This document shows, one piece after another, positions 27,012-40,900 of a DNA stretch of 64,000 nucleotides. The stretch spans positions 62,001 through 126,000 of the forward strand of contig KZ538214.1 of the NCBI GenBank assembly GCA_000934665.2, given 5' to 3'. A model generated the notes under the pieces. The model was given only the letters and a program-made list of their open reading frames with translations, was not told the origin of the DNA and searched no databases. A program made the translations under genes and the position numbers. The DNA comes from Catajapyx aquilonaris. Taxonomy: Eukaryota. Numbering within the stretch: the first letter of the stretch is position 1; each line of letters starts with the position of its first letter.

Positions 27012-29382
27012 GTATACCAGGGTCAGATGGTTTTAAGGCAGATTAACTAGCCCAAAAGAGCCTCCATACTGGCCATGTGGTCATCATTCTCCACCCCTAT
27101 CTAACCGCAGTCCACAGGAAGAGGTACGCGCACAGTGTACTGAGTACATTATGTACTGTACAGTACAGTGTAATGGTTCAAAAGTTATAATACAAGGGAG
27201 ATGGCCGCCTAATGTCAAATGTGAAGTACTGTTAGTAACTTGTGCTTCTGGGATTAACTTAGGTTTATGGCAAACTGTAGAAGGAAACTGAAGCCTCTCC
27301 TTAACATTATGTACGTATATACAGTACAATCATTTTTAAAGATGTGGGGAAAGTAATAATTCGTGCTTCAATTTTGATGGCCGATGGAAGATGACAGGTG
27401 ATTTCACAAAATTTAATAAAACACCATTGTCCACACTCTGAAGACAACTTATTTCAAATGGCACTGCAAGTTGATAAGATTAATTAGTAAGTCCGTCAGG
27501 CAGGATGTTAATCAGGAAGTTGAAATGCAATCTGAAGTGAATGAAGTTTGGCCCGAAAGAAGGGAAAATCCTTTTCATCTTCCCTTCTTTTTTACTCTCT
27601 TTTCTCCAGTATCGAATGAAGAAAAGACCTCTCTTTCTCTCTTCGAAGGCCTTCTTCTTCCACTTGAGGTTAATGCCTCTTCATTATTCACGCACTTTTC
27701 CGCTTTGGCGGCGGTCTGGGAGAAGCTAATCGGAGGACGACTACAAATCAAGCTTTTCATCAGCATAAGCTCGTTAGGCGGACTGGAACACGGGATAAAA
27801 TCTGCATGGTTACATTCTCTCCACGCCCTCGGAAAAGGAAGACTCCACTGTTATTACAGCATTTCAAGTCAAATATTCGGCTTGCTGGCATGGTTTTTTT
27901 TTTTTTCGTGCAAATTTTGTCAACACCTGAAGCTGACCTGAATCCATATTTTTTTTTTTTTGCTAACTTATCACGACTTTCTTATCGGGATTGTGCCAGA
28001 ACAGAAATGCGATAGGGGCATGTTTTTTGGGTTGACAGAACAGCAGGGTGTAATTCGCCATATTTCAAGGCAGAGTGATGGTAGTAAGAGGAGAGGTTGT
28101 AACCCGGAAACTCCCGGAAGAAAAAATTACGATCTAGCTTGCCATTTCTAGTGGCCACGCCTTTTTCATTTCTTATCCTATACATGCACTCTATATGACT
28201 ATATGCACCATTTATAGTTCACTTTTTTATGGGTTACCGGTGCCGCACTGTCAGACGGGGTGGTTTTTACTGCCGGTTGGAGATGCTGGAACACTGCTAC
28301 TTCTGGGAGACCGGACGGTTTCTGTATATATAGAGAAGCATAGTGGTGCTTGGGGGGAAGGGTGTAAAAGTAAGTTAAATTGGGTAACCGTCCCGGAGGA
28401 ATGCGGCTGATATGTGCAGGGTTTGTAGTCAGCAGTTTTCGCCAGTTCAGATGAGGTGGTACTGATCTGAATAAAAGTGTGTGCTGGTGCTGCAAAAGTG
28501 CATAGCAACCCTGCTGAATCAACTCGTGCAAATATTGGCGTATCCGGAAAGTAAGATCCGTTTATTTATTACAAGCTGGAGTAACAATCCTTGAATCACT
28601 TTGGGTTGCATCATGCAAGGATGTACCCAAGTGAACGGTACATTTAGTGAAATTCACTCATTATTAGCAGTTATTAGAACTTGTTGCATTACCGAAATGA
28701 ATAACTAAACGTCTGCATGTCGCTGCCAGAATTATCAGTTTAATTTTTTTTAGGTCCACGATGTAATTCAATTTCGCGCAGCCAGCTTATAAAATTCGAA
28801 TGACAATGCATCACATTGACGCTTGCGGGTTATTCAGAAAAGCATTTCCCTCTGGCTTTATGTACATCCATATTTTTTTTCGAGAAAAGAAGTATTGGAA
28901 TCCGGCCCTCTCCCAGAATTATCTATTTAGTAGGAAGATAAGCGATGAATGGTGCGAAGGGAGCGGATTGCAAATCATGGCTCGAGACAAGGAACAAATG
29001 GAGAGCAGCATTTAAACATGAGCGACACAAAGTAAGGTAGACCTAGGGGACCGCCTCTCCCTCCCCTCTTGCCTGGATTATGGATGGTGATTGGGTTCGG
29101 GACATTTTCCACCCTCCCACCACCACCCCGCCACACTCCCTAACACCCCAGGGGAATGCTATTTTTCCCCGGGATAAAAATGCGTGGCCAGGATCACTTC
29201 GCCACCACCCACAAAAAAAAAGCGGGCTTTTTCTCGCGCAATTGCTGTTTCTGGCAGCAGCTATCACCCTGTATTTGAAAATACAGGGAGAGTCAGAACT
29301 GTGCCAAGCGGGTAGATAGGACCAAAACGAGTATAAAATGTAGAGGTGGAAAATGCCGAGAAAGCAACCAGTAACGAGCTAT

Positions 29383-29620
29383 AGTCCGTTAAACCAAAGA
29401 ATGATATGACGTCACACCAGCAGCAGTGTGTTTATGAGCATGCGCAGTTCCAGCCGTGTTTTCTGAGCATGCGCAGTTCCAGCCGTGTTTTCTGAGCATG
29501 CGCAGTTCCAGCCGTGTTTTCTGAGCATGCGTAGTAGTATGCTTGCAGAGCGATTCGGGACATGATATGAGAAAAGCCGGGCTGAACGTGACGTCATATC
29601 GTTCTTTGGCTGAAGGGACT
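29383..29620. mobile_element. MITE-like element with 33-bp TIRs and an internal 29-bp minisatellite
   Basis: TIRs 29383-29415 and 29588-29620 (4 mismatches, containing GATATGACGTCAC). Three exact tandem copies of TGAGCATGCGCAGTTCCAGCCGTGTTTTC plus a partial copy (29435-29531). Confidence 0.8.
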
Positions 29621-32600
29621 GCCGGGTAATATTTGGGGGTGCCCCTTTATAGACACATGCGGCAACCAGCACTGTTTCCTGTAAATACTGATTGGTTTTT
29701 CGACATCATCGCTACAGTTTCGACCTGCTTTGGTCCAATCTGCAGTTCTGACTCCCCCTGTATACACAGCGGTCCGCGGCCGCATCATTAGCGGTTGCAG
29801 CCTTTAAGATGAATGGTTGGCGGACCAAACTGCCCGTGCAAAACTAAGCCCATTTTGTGCAATAAACAGGAAAAGTTGGTGGTAGGGGGGTAGGCGGCTA
29901 GCACTTTGCAAAACAGCGATCTCTCGCAGTGTATGGTCATCCGGATTCGCTAATAGACTTCGGGGCCTTCTTCTGCATAATGGAGAGAGTCAATTGCTGG
30001 GTTTATGTGCGGCCGCCCAGTAATTCTTCCTCAGAGTGGCCCCAGTAGTGTCCCAAATGGCCGCTTCGGAGCTGTCGAGTCAATAAAGGATCGGGCGGGC
30101 CAATATGGACTTTGATTTATGACGAACTGTAACACTAACACCAGGGGTTTTGCTCCAGTCCAAATCAATCGGTAGTGTTGTTCATACTGTCCAGATTTTG
30201 CGATCAAATTTTTTTTTGTGTGCGAAATTATGCTGACCCCGGTGCATGAAAGCACGCCAAAGCTCTAGCCACGAAGTGTGAAACCTTGCTCATGTATGCG
30301 GGGAGTAGCATAATTTTCACGCACGAAAATTATGCTCCGGTAGTTACTGATACCAGTTGAATCATGTGGACATGCAGGGATTGCTGACTTTTACGGCTTT
30401 CCGATTCCATGGCATGTACAGGGTGTGTCGCAGAATGGATGTAAAATTGGTATGAAATGAACCATGAAAAAACCATAGCTTTGCTCACATAGTTCCAATT
30501 TATACATATAGAGAAGAGACGGCGAAACTGCGAGAACGAGGTGGGCGATCTGCGCAAGTGGCGATAAGGAAACCTAAAAAAGACGAACATTTTTTTGGGG
30601 AGCAAATCCTAAGGAATTGAATCGGGGAACGATTGCTAGACCGGATATCAAAGAAGAAGGCTGACAATTAAGTGGCGCCAGCATCGTGCAACAAAACAGC
30701 CGGCCTTTGTAATTAAGCAAGAGTGTGCTGCCAAGTCTCGTGTCGTTTCCTTTTCGCGACTATACCAGTTTTTTTGATTCCACGAATTTAATGAAAATAC
30801 CATTTTTTTTTTGTACATACATAATATTATAGTGAGTACAATTTTGGGGGCTTTTCCAGCACCAGCTTTTTACAACCCCTGTTTACGTTGCTTCTTCCAG
30901 GAACCTAGAAACAACATTTTCCTTGCCTTCAACAGCAGACCTATTAAGAATGGCCTCCCCGGATGCATAATGCTGGCCTCTCTAATTCAATCACCCAGTA
31001 AGGTTTCAAGGCTTTTACACCCAACAATGGGTGTTGACCACTCCACAAGATGAAATGCACAATGGGCCGGGGGGTGCCCCTTAGTTGTATGGAGCCCTGT
31101 GAACAAGAGAGGCGGAATGGTTATCCAACTTGCAGGATACCGCTTATACTTCTTTTTTTTTTTCATTTACAAAAATACGCCCGGGCTCTTTTGTGTCGCG
31201 TTGATAAGAACTGTGGCTGAGATCAAGAAGAATGCGGCTCTTGACAAATTCTCAGCCGATCGATGTCGGCCTCTCTTTCTCTCTCCAACCAAAAAGCTGG
31301 CAACTTTTTTTTTATTTTTTTATTTTTAGAAAACGTTGCGCGCACAAAAGGCGCCGGTGTTTATTGGGAAACAATGTAGGGCATTTTACCCGGCACTAAT
31401 ATCGTTATTCAATTCACCGCTCAAGTTTGAAGAGATGACAAAAAAAAAATGGATTCCTTCACCAGTTTTGGCTATAGAGTGTGGTGAGGTATATAAATGT
31501 GCAGGGGGTGGATTGTGTAGTTATATACTGTACTACTATATATAGAGAGAGCAAACTGTGGGACCCAGGTCCACATTAGCAGGAAAGGCCAACACGGCTG
31601 ATGAGACAAAGGGAAGACAAACTGTGCCCTTACGTGACCGCACTCCGCGATTGCAGGCCGAGGGATGGTCTTCGAATGGAACTCGGGGACAGTGGGTGGG
31701 GAGGTTGGGTCAAATGGACACACACAGACAAAAAAATGGTGACATTCTTCAGATGTCCTAGAGTCAATTTTTATGCCCTCTCTTGTAAATAGTTAAAATA
31801 ATTGTAACATTTCTGACTGGTGCTGAGTATTGTTTTGTGGGTCCTTTTTGTGTAGTTACAGCAGAAGGATTGGACCTAATCACTCTGCAAATGCGGCAGA
31901 CTCATTAGCTGCGAGCCACCGTGCTTTGTGGTTAGGTGAAGGCTACATTTGGGCGTTTCTAGGCGTGAAAATAATTTCGTTTATTAGTTTGCGCTGTCGT
32001 CTATTTTTTTATATTTATTGTTGTGTCCAGCTCTCCGGGTCTGTTTTGAGTCACGAGAGGCCGATCTGGGCACGATTCATGTTACAATGCAGAATTAGGC
32101 TCTATAAAAATATATTGCGGCATTTAATTACGGGAATCAGATTGTGGCGCACACGCCAGCAGACGTTTCACGACTTTTTGGTCGCTGATTTTGCGCTATT
32201 AAGGTTTATACGGCCTGTGGCCCGACGAGTGACTCAATGAGCGATTCGTGCCATGTAATACTCTGCAAAAAAAGAGACATAACTACTTGCAAATATTGGA
32301 GGAAAGCAGCGTACTCCCTGGTTAACATTCAGTTGGTCCTTAGTGTAAGCATTAGTGAGGTTTACTACTATTTCTGGCATGGTTTTACGCCTCTCCGTTG
32401 CGCAATTCATCGATCTTTCCGCATTGTCCTTACTCCTAAAACTAGGGGTTTGCTGCTGGGAAGGTGCTGCTGCCTATACGTTGCTGCCATCTGCAAGAAT
32501 GGATCGCGAATTAACGGCCTTCTCTGGGCTATCTATGTACAGATAGTTTGCAATAATGTCACGTGCGAGATATGCTATCTCTATATAGCTATAGGATAAC

Positions 32601-33734
32601 ATGAGAACACACGCACCAAATGCTACATTGCAGGACTTTTATAACAATGCACACAGATGGGCGTCAATTAGATTTTTTTGTCATACGCAAAATTCCGCCT
32701 GATTTTGACACAAACTGGACGTCACATTGAAACTAATCGACTATTTTCGCTCCAAAAAAATTCACAGTCGCACTTAGGAAATGCATCCGAGTCAGATGTC
32801 CATTCATGCAAACGCGTCAGAATATAGACGAAAATGGACATAACATGCATCGCCCACTATATGTAGAGGCACCGCAGCGCAATTCTGTCATGGAAGTTAA
32901 CATGCAAAATCCGTTACTCCATGTTGAGCTTTTTTTTTCATTATTTTTAGCTCATAGTCCTCTGCATATGAAAGTTGGTAGTACGTTCTAGTTTCACTCT
33001 CACAACTTTTCCCTCCCCCGCCTACAAAAATCAATGCATAGTATTAGTGGGCAGGAAATTTGGCAGGCATTGAAGATGTGTTGTTTGGTGTGTGTATGCT
33101 GGGGGAGGGGGTGTTATCTGGTTGTGCGCATTGAGCGATGCCTATCGGAATATAGTGGGAGGGTTACGTTGGGTGGGCTCGTGTCGATGTAGCCTTGGCC
33201 TAGTTTCTAGCTAGGAAAAGCTAGCTCCACAGCCTAGTATATATATATTTTTTCCCACCTTTCCGTGTGCACAGACCTTGATGGCAGTTTGAGCCTCACT
33301 TCCCACATAAAACACTTGGGAGCGCTGCTTTTATTGCGTTACGGCCTGCTGTACCTACTCGCTAATCTGACTTGTACTTGTGGCAATAATACGGCTGGCT
33401 CGACAATGGGGCAGGTGATTGTACAGTTTTACGGTCGACTACTCTTTATTGTGGGGGGGACGAAGGAAGCCACGTCATGATTACGACACTGTCACCTGAA
33501 TCTAATCGCGATCAGAACGGAAAATGTAAAAGTGACATTACCTGGCGTCTGCATCATCTTCTCACACATAAGAAGTCAGTGGCCCTCTAAAAAAAAACTT
33601 GAGTGAAATTTTCACTCAAAAATTGAGCACTTTTTTAAAATGCTATTTTTCACGCTCCGAAAATGTCCACTTTAACTCAAATCGAGTGGAAAATTACTGG
33701 AAAGAAGAGTGAAAATGAGCACTCAAATTTCGCT

Positions 33735-33902
33735 CAGTATACACACTCTAAAAAAAAATTGAGTGGTTTTACGCTAAATCTTCTACCTGAATAAATTGAT
33801 TGCGGCTCAAATTGAGTGGATTTTCCACTCAATTGAGCCGGAATCAATCCAGGTAGAAGGTTGAGTGGAATGCACTCAAAAACATTTAGAGTGTGTATAC
33901 TG
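33735..33902. mobile_element. Small inverted-repeat element, with a related partial copy at ~33583-33730
   Basis: Perfect 18-bp IR CAGTATACACACTCTAAA / TTTAGAGTGTGTATACTG and many internal TTGAGTG/CACTCAA motifs. Confidence 0.7.
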
Positions 33903-33956
33903 GACGAATATTTAGCGAAGCAAATAAATATATTTTCCAGCCAATGTATAACACCT

Positions 33957-34915
33957 TTATTGGCTCTGCGTTTTCCTGTTCTTGATGCAGTGATACAGTC
34001 GGTTGTACAGTACCCACATGGCATCTAGGGCATGGGTGATTCCGGTGAAGATGGCCAGTATTCCCAAGGACCAGGCGTTTCCCTTGGTGGTGCTGGACAT
34101 GATAGCGTAGTTGGGAAGAGACTCGTACGTGATCACTATCAAGGATCCTGTGGCCAGGAACATGCACGCTCCGACACTGTCCAGGATCATTTCCTGGAAT
34201 TAACGGCGTTTTACTTTAAGGTGAACTCTGAAATTCAACTGGGCTTCAGTTTAAAAGCTGGGGGGTTTTTTTTTCTGGGTCGACAGCATTTGCATGGTCG
34301 ACTGATAATGTCATCGGCGAGTGATGTTCAAGCCGACTCTTTTGTTGGCGTACAGGTAACATGAACGTTTCTGATTTGAACCGGAACGGCAGGCAAAGTG
34401 ATGTTATCTGTCCCCTTCACATGATCTGACATACCTAAGCTCTTTTACGTCAGACTATACGATTCACACCTTGGGGAGTCCAGCAAATTAACTAGTACAG
34501 GGTGTATCCAAACGATGCTTAATTTGACAAATATAGTGAGCGAACTTACGAAAGATGTTTGACGCAGGTGAGAATCCTCTCCTAGGAGATAGCAAATGGT
34601 GAGAGCGGAACTGTAGATGACGTAAGCTCCAAAAGTGATGGTGCCCAACAGCTGGACGTTCAGGTCGACCAGGTGAAAGTCCAGCTCTTGCTCGTCGAAA
34701 TCGTACGATTTGATCTCAGACTCGTTCAGTGGATGGTGGTACAGCTTGAGTGGTATGACCGAATTGGTGTTGGTTGTTCCGCAGCAGTACAATGCCACGC
34801 AGGCTATGCTCATGCACTGGAATTTTGCAACTAAAAATTAACCAACGAACTACACGCCTGCAATCTGGCACAGCATTACCGCCTCCAGGAATTTGAAGAC
34901 ACCTCTGAAGTCCAT
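33957..34915 (-). CDS. Snakeskin-like four-transmembrane protein. complement(join(33957..34193,34550..34816,34880..34915)); 179 aa
   Basis: Two phase-0 GT-AG introns; 540 nt. Protein: MDFRGVFKFLEACMSIACVALYCCG...VQLLGTITFGAYVIYSSALTICYLLG...EMILDSVGACMFLATGSLIV...AWSLGILAIFTGITHALDAMW. Four hydrophobic helices spaced as I recall for Drosophila Snakeskin. A plausible 5'UTR intron lies at 34922..35004. Confidence 0.8.
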
Positions 34916-37900
34916 TTTGCACTGAGAGAAGGATTGTTGCAGATTAGATTCCAACAGCAAGGACAGAAGTGTTATGCAAAATAGTCTCGGATAAAATTAT
35001 ATACCTGACATTTATGGTGAGTGATACGTGACGTTTGCCATGGTGTCGCAAGAGGTATATTCTTTGTTACTGGTTGCAAATTTTCGTGCGTTTCGTTGTT
35101 GTGTTGAATATGAAGTCGTATTTAATTTTATTAAAACGTTCATCATGGCTCACATAAATTTTACTAAAATTATTATTAGCAATAATTACAGTTACATAAT
35201 ACGTCTATCCTCCCATGGCGCATGCCATTTTAAAAACCCAACTAGAAGTACGCAACAGTTCTTCAGTAAATCTGGTTACTTTTTGTGCACTTACTGTACG
35301 GTAACTATTATAGATTGTAGAAGACATCTATTTTTATACACTTATTGTGTTGTCACATGTATTATACTGGGCTCTAATATGATCTGACGTAGATTGATTG
35401 TCAAGAACGTAGTATATCTGATGGTGTGACTTCCGCGTCACATGGGGATCAGCTGCATATTTAATGAGAATGCGAACTAATTAACTACGTGACATTCATT
35501 ACGGACGCGTTGCTTTGGACTTTTGATTAAGCTGTACTGTTTATTCAGTAAGTGATCCTCGCTTTTTTCCGCCAAATTGGGTGTCGTCCCAATGAAACTG
35601 GACCAACCCCTCTAAAAAAACTATAAACATGCAATATGTCAATCACACATTTACTCGGTACGTATAGCATGTTGTACTGCAATGAGTGACATTTTGACAA
35701 GAAAAGTATGTCATTTTTCACGTTACTCTGTGAGCTTATTGTTTTGATTCACATTACGCCATGGGCGTACTGTTATATGATTCAGATGAATACCCACTAC
35801 CTTTTGTGTATAATTTGTGTCGTCAGGGATGATTGCTCTAATTACATACCGCACTCAGATGAAAAGGAAATTACTTTTTCAGCTTGAATGCACCAGATCC
35901 CCTGCCACGTTACATAACAATCAACAAAATAATTGCAGCTGTTGAAGATCATTTGGTTATTTTATCAGAATATCAACTTTCATATTATTATTTTTTGGCT
36001 TTTCGCCCGCTTTTTTTTTGTTTATAAAAAAATTCTCCCTCGTTGCACCATCTGTTCCGCGTATCGACTCAGATTATAACAGCAAAGTGTAATTCCTGAG
36101 GGGAAGAACGAAAAAAAAAAATTAAAAAGTTGGCCATGGAAATTAATTAACAAAAGGAGGAAGGCCCCCTGGAGTTGGGGAGGGTTTCTGAGGCGGGAAA
36201 GAAGCCTCATCTGGTAACCTCTTTTGCGTGTTTTTTTGTGACATTTGAAGTCGACTGCATCTGGCTCCTTTGTATATCTAACTCTTGCGCGTCTTGCCCT
36301 GGAGCAGTGTAGATTTTGTGGTCTCGGGATTGCGATAAGGATGACTTGAAGCCGGCACCGCAGGCACCTTCAAAGTCCGGGCAGAGTTTGCCGGATGCTT
36401 GCTTTTGTCACCTTTCTTCCGGGGTTACAAAGTCTGCGCAAGTCCCTCACAACTGACGCACCCCCCCCCCTCCCCCCTCAAACATGCAAATTTTCTTGCC
36501 AATTTAAATTAATATCCGGCGGGGAAAGTTATTAATTATGGATTGATATTGACTCTTGGGGGGGTCCAAATCCGGAATAAATTTTTTGTTATAGTGGATA
36601 TTGGCTCGAATATTTGCACGTGTGGCATTGATTATTTTTGCACTGAACTTTTTGTCTCTGTGTTGATTCGGCGGGTGCTTTGAGCTTGGCCACTCGCGAA
36701 TTTGCCGCAAGCGTGGACAATGCCAGGTGAAACTTGCCGCTTTTATGCACTTTTTGGTTCATGAAGTACCCGTCTGGTTTTTTTGGAAGCTGATACACAA
36801 AATGGCACAATACAGTGCTACACTTGATTATTGACAGCAGAGCGGCCTTAAAAATTGAATTTTTAAAATTGATATCTATAGAAGTGACCACAAGTTCAGA
36901 GCTTACTTTTGGGTAGAGCTACTTGAATCTGAAGGCGATTTATCTTCAGTATATACTGGGACTGAGCACGCCAAATATGTTTTCGGAACCTTTGTTTTGA
37001 GACCAGAGTTAATATCAGATAGCAAGCGGTTGTAAATCTTCGCACGTGGTGGTGAGTATCGTTATATCTGGCTTCCGGCCAGTTAAATGTCACGGGTTCT
37101 AGCAGATAGAGAGAGCTCTTGGCTTTTTTCTCTAGCTCCCTATTTTTTTTGTTGTTGCAGCTAACTTTATAGAAAAGAATTGACGTGATACATTTCGGAA
37201 AATGGGGGCAAACATGCTGCAGGCAATCTGGAACTAGCAGCCCTTATGCCAATAGCAATCTGTAGAACCTCGAGGAGGCATTTTGGCAACATTAGATCAC
37301 ACCATCTCTCACATCGACAATCTATCCGAGGTTCTACTGATAGATCTGGCTGTTATTGTTGCTAGGTCCATCATTCAATTTATTTTTTTCATACTCTCGA
37401 ATTGAACAACAGGCATGAATGTACACTACAGAATATTACTGTGGTACAATCAATCATTAATCAGCCATATAATTAGACTTCATCAGGCTGAATGAAAAAG
37501 GGTTGCAAATAGTTGTTGATATTAATGACATCCACAAATTCGATTAATGATTTTGGGCTCAGTTTATACGCACCCCCACCCTACATTTTGATCAAATATT
37601 TCCGCGGACTAAGTGTATGTCCCCCTGAATAATATCGCTTAAAGTAACTGTACGTTCATGACTACCCATCTCATATGAAAGATAGTAATGGAGCCAGCCT
37701 TACTGCAAACAAAATAAATAAATAAACGGCGCCGGTATGAGTTTGCAAAACGTAAAACGTTGTCACGTCCTATATGTATACGAGTGTGAGGAATGTGTGT
37801 GTATGTGGTCGATATGGGTGTGGGGGGAAAAGGGATGCGTCGCATGCACGTGTGCGTGTCGCAATGATGGACAGCGTCACGCTGCGTTTTGTTTCCGTAT

Positions 37901-40900
37901 TTATCCGCCACGCCCCGGAAGCCCACTTTCATCTGTCCCCCTATCTCCCATGTTTTTTTATCTAAAAAAATTAAAAAATATATCTTCCAAGCTAATTGCC
38001 ACAAAACTTGCGAAACTTGTACTGAGAGTGGTCATTTTTTTGTGTGTGCCCCAAAGTTGTGTCGTCGCATACCTCACATAAAATATACGAAAGGAGGCGG
38101 CATAAAGGAAATAATTTGTGCAAGGCGGTGTTATATAGCCCTCTAGGATCATTACAGCGGCCTTGCAGCAGAAAACTGCATACAACCCATTGTCCTTTTT
38201 CCCTCCCCCACCTCCAGCCGGCCATTTCGCGTTTAATTCGAGGATCCTCTGCAATCAGGTGTGATCATAAAAAGGAACTTTTGAAGCCCCCCCCCTCTCC
38301 CTTCCCTTATATGTCCGACGAATTTTTGCTCTCTATTTTTTATTAGACACGCTGTGGGCTAGGCTTCTTTTTATTTTAATAACAGCCCAGGCTATTGTAA
38401 GTGGGCTGCTCCGGTTTCGAATTTCTAAAGAGGCCTTGCACCACCACCTCTCCCTATGGCAAGTCGTAAAAGTCCTTTACGCCCCTTCTTATGGGGGCAC
38501 GTGCGTTGGAGCGTGCGAGGCTTTCCGCCTTTGCAGAGTCTGCGGACCGGCGTGAAATATTCAATTAATTACACTTCATAAACCTATGCGTCTTGGAAAG
38601 CGGCTTATCTCTCGCCACTTGCCCAAGCATTATTGAATCAGGACATTTCCATAAGTTTTTATTGCCTCATTTAGATGGAGACCAGTCGATTTTATTGCGC
38701 GGGATGGACACATCCAGACTAGATTTCAAACCGGATAACTTCCGAGCTCGCTGATTAATTCAACACTTTTATGGCAGTCCTGGAGTCAACCGTTGTGATC
38801 AAAATTTTGCAAAAAAAAACAATCGGACGATATGCTGTAAGATTAGTCCCATTGCATAACATCTGACGTGCAGTATATATATCCTAGAATTTGCACCGAG
38901 GCTTGCTTGTTGCTGCACCCAACTCAAATTGTGCTCTCTCATTCCGCCTGGCTGTAGAGTGTAAACTTTCATTAAGGAACGCTGTAAATTATGAAACCAG
39001 GACATGATGAACAAATTTCTAGACAGGATGGGAGAGGGGGGGGGGAGGGTTAAAAAAGAGAGTGAAGGGACGGAAGGAACCCCGGGAGGAGATGAAACCA
39101 CATAACCCGCAAATTTCGCTGTTGGTCATTCCCCTATAATATAACCACGGGTATGAACGAAGAGTTAGTGAATTAAAAGGGCTTGTGCTGTACTAAATTT
39201 TTTTTTGGTTTGTGGCAGAGTTTAAATCGATAGAGACCGTGTGTTGCCCAGGGTCATGTGAAGCTTCGGTGTTTTTTATTTTTTATTGTCATATCTTGAG
39301 CTTAAGAAGGGGGTGGTGCTTTTGAAGGCAATGTCGATCCCTTTTCTTGGCGGCTTCCTCAATATCCAAATCCGATTGTTAACCATTTTAGTCGCCGACC
39401 ACCGGTGCATGGAAAATATGTCTCTGCCACGGAGCAACTGTTACCTCAATTCAGGAAATGGAAATGCTATGGGCCAAGAGAACGTGGGAAAAGGGGCGGC
39501 TGCCTTGAAAGCTGCAGATATATATATATTTTTTGCTCTTTTTTTTGCAAATGGCGAGAGCTGGTGGAGAGGGGGGGGGGGTTGATTGCCAGTCACTCCA
39601 TCAGTGCCTTTACTTGTGGATGAATGAAGTTGGAAAGCTTTCCAGTCCGGATTTATTGACTTTTCCTAAATTGTCGCACGCACTCTGCGGTGCACTAATC
39701 CAAAGAGCAGGCGGTGATGTTGGAGAGGGATTCAAATATTTAAAAAAAAAATCGCCGGAATTTTTACTTGGAGCCTGTAAATAGGTAGTTGGAAAAAAAT
39801 ACAGGGTGTTTCAAACATTGCCCTAGAAAGTTTGAATCATTTCATGAAATTCCCAGCACGATTTAATAGCATTGGAATATCAATCATTCTCAGACATCGA
39901 ATTTGATTAATTCACTATTGATTGATTTTCAATCTGTTGTTACTGACAGTTCAATAATGACCGTAATATTATGCCTTGAAAATTAGAATTTAGGCATAAC
40001 CGAAATGTGACTCTTGCAATATCTAGAATCTGTGAAAAATCTGAGTGCCATATTTGCAAAATTATTGTAATGATCCTTTTGATCTAACTAATGAATTTTG
40101 TTGCAGTCATTGCAGGCACCGGGTGACCTTTACCATTTTTGCTTTTAATTCATGTATAGTGCTATTTGTTGTTGAATTAAAGAGTTGCCCTTTCCGGGGG
40201 TGGCCTGGGTGCATTTTATTTCAAGTGGGTAGGAACGATATAAAAAAAAGATGGCAAACGACCCTGGAAATGTTCTTGATGAAACGTGACCTCCCAGCGA
40301 GACTTTATACTGCTTTAAATGAATCACGCACTACTAACAAGCACCGGTAACGATTACCCCCGAGCAACTGCGACACCACCCACACTCGAAGTAATTGGAT
40401 CTGCTAGGTTTTTGTGTAGGAAGCCCAGACCCCAAATCCTTCTCTCTCTTTTTGACTAAATAATTTTAAGTCCGAAACTGCAAGAAACTTACTTCTTTTC
40501 CCCCCCTCGATTCTCTTGAGTTGTTAAGCAAGGCATTTTCCAAATGGACCTTTCGGCTACCCCCATCAACTTTGACCACGCGTGTGGGCGACTTTTTTTT
40601 TTCTCTCTCCTTCTTTTCTTGCAAGTGCTTCTTGTTGGACTATATACCCTCCCAAGGAGCTGAGGGGGGGTTTGTAAGCAAGTTGGGGTGGGAATTATTC
40701 TAACGAGTTCCACCCACGGTCTCTTATGGCTAAGTGGTTTTCTCTCTCCGCCTCCATCGATCCCCAAGTCCATCGGAATTGCAATTCCGCAGCACCCTTA
40801 TAAAAATTCCTACTCCGTGTAAATTGGACGTAGGAAGTTTGGGAGGGGAATCAGAGGGAATGTCCGAGACATTTTGTGTTACCCCCCAACTATTCTTGAT

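Noticed and set aside
28199..28531. 110-aa minus-strand ORF
   Set aside because: No ATG start, family motif or linked exons that I could support.
29435..29531. 29-bp repeats as a CRISPR array
   Set aside because: Units are head-to-tail with no spacers, there are no cas genes, the context is eukaryotic, and they lie inside TIRs.
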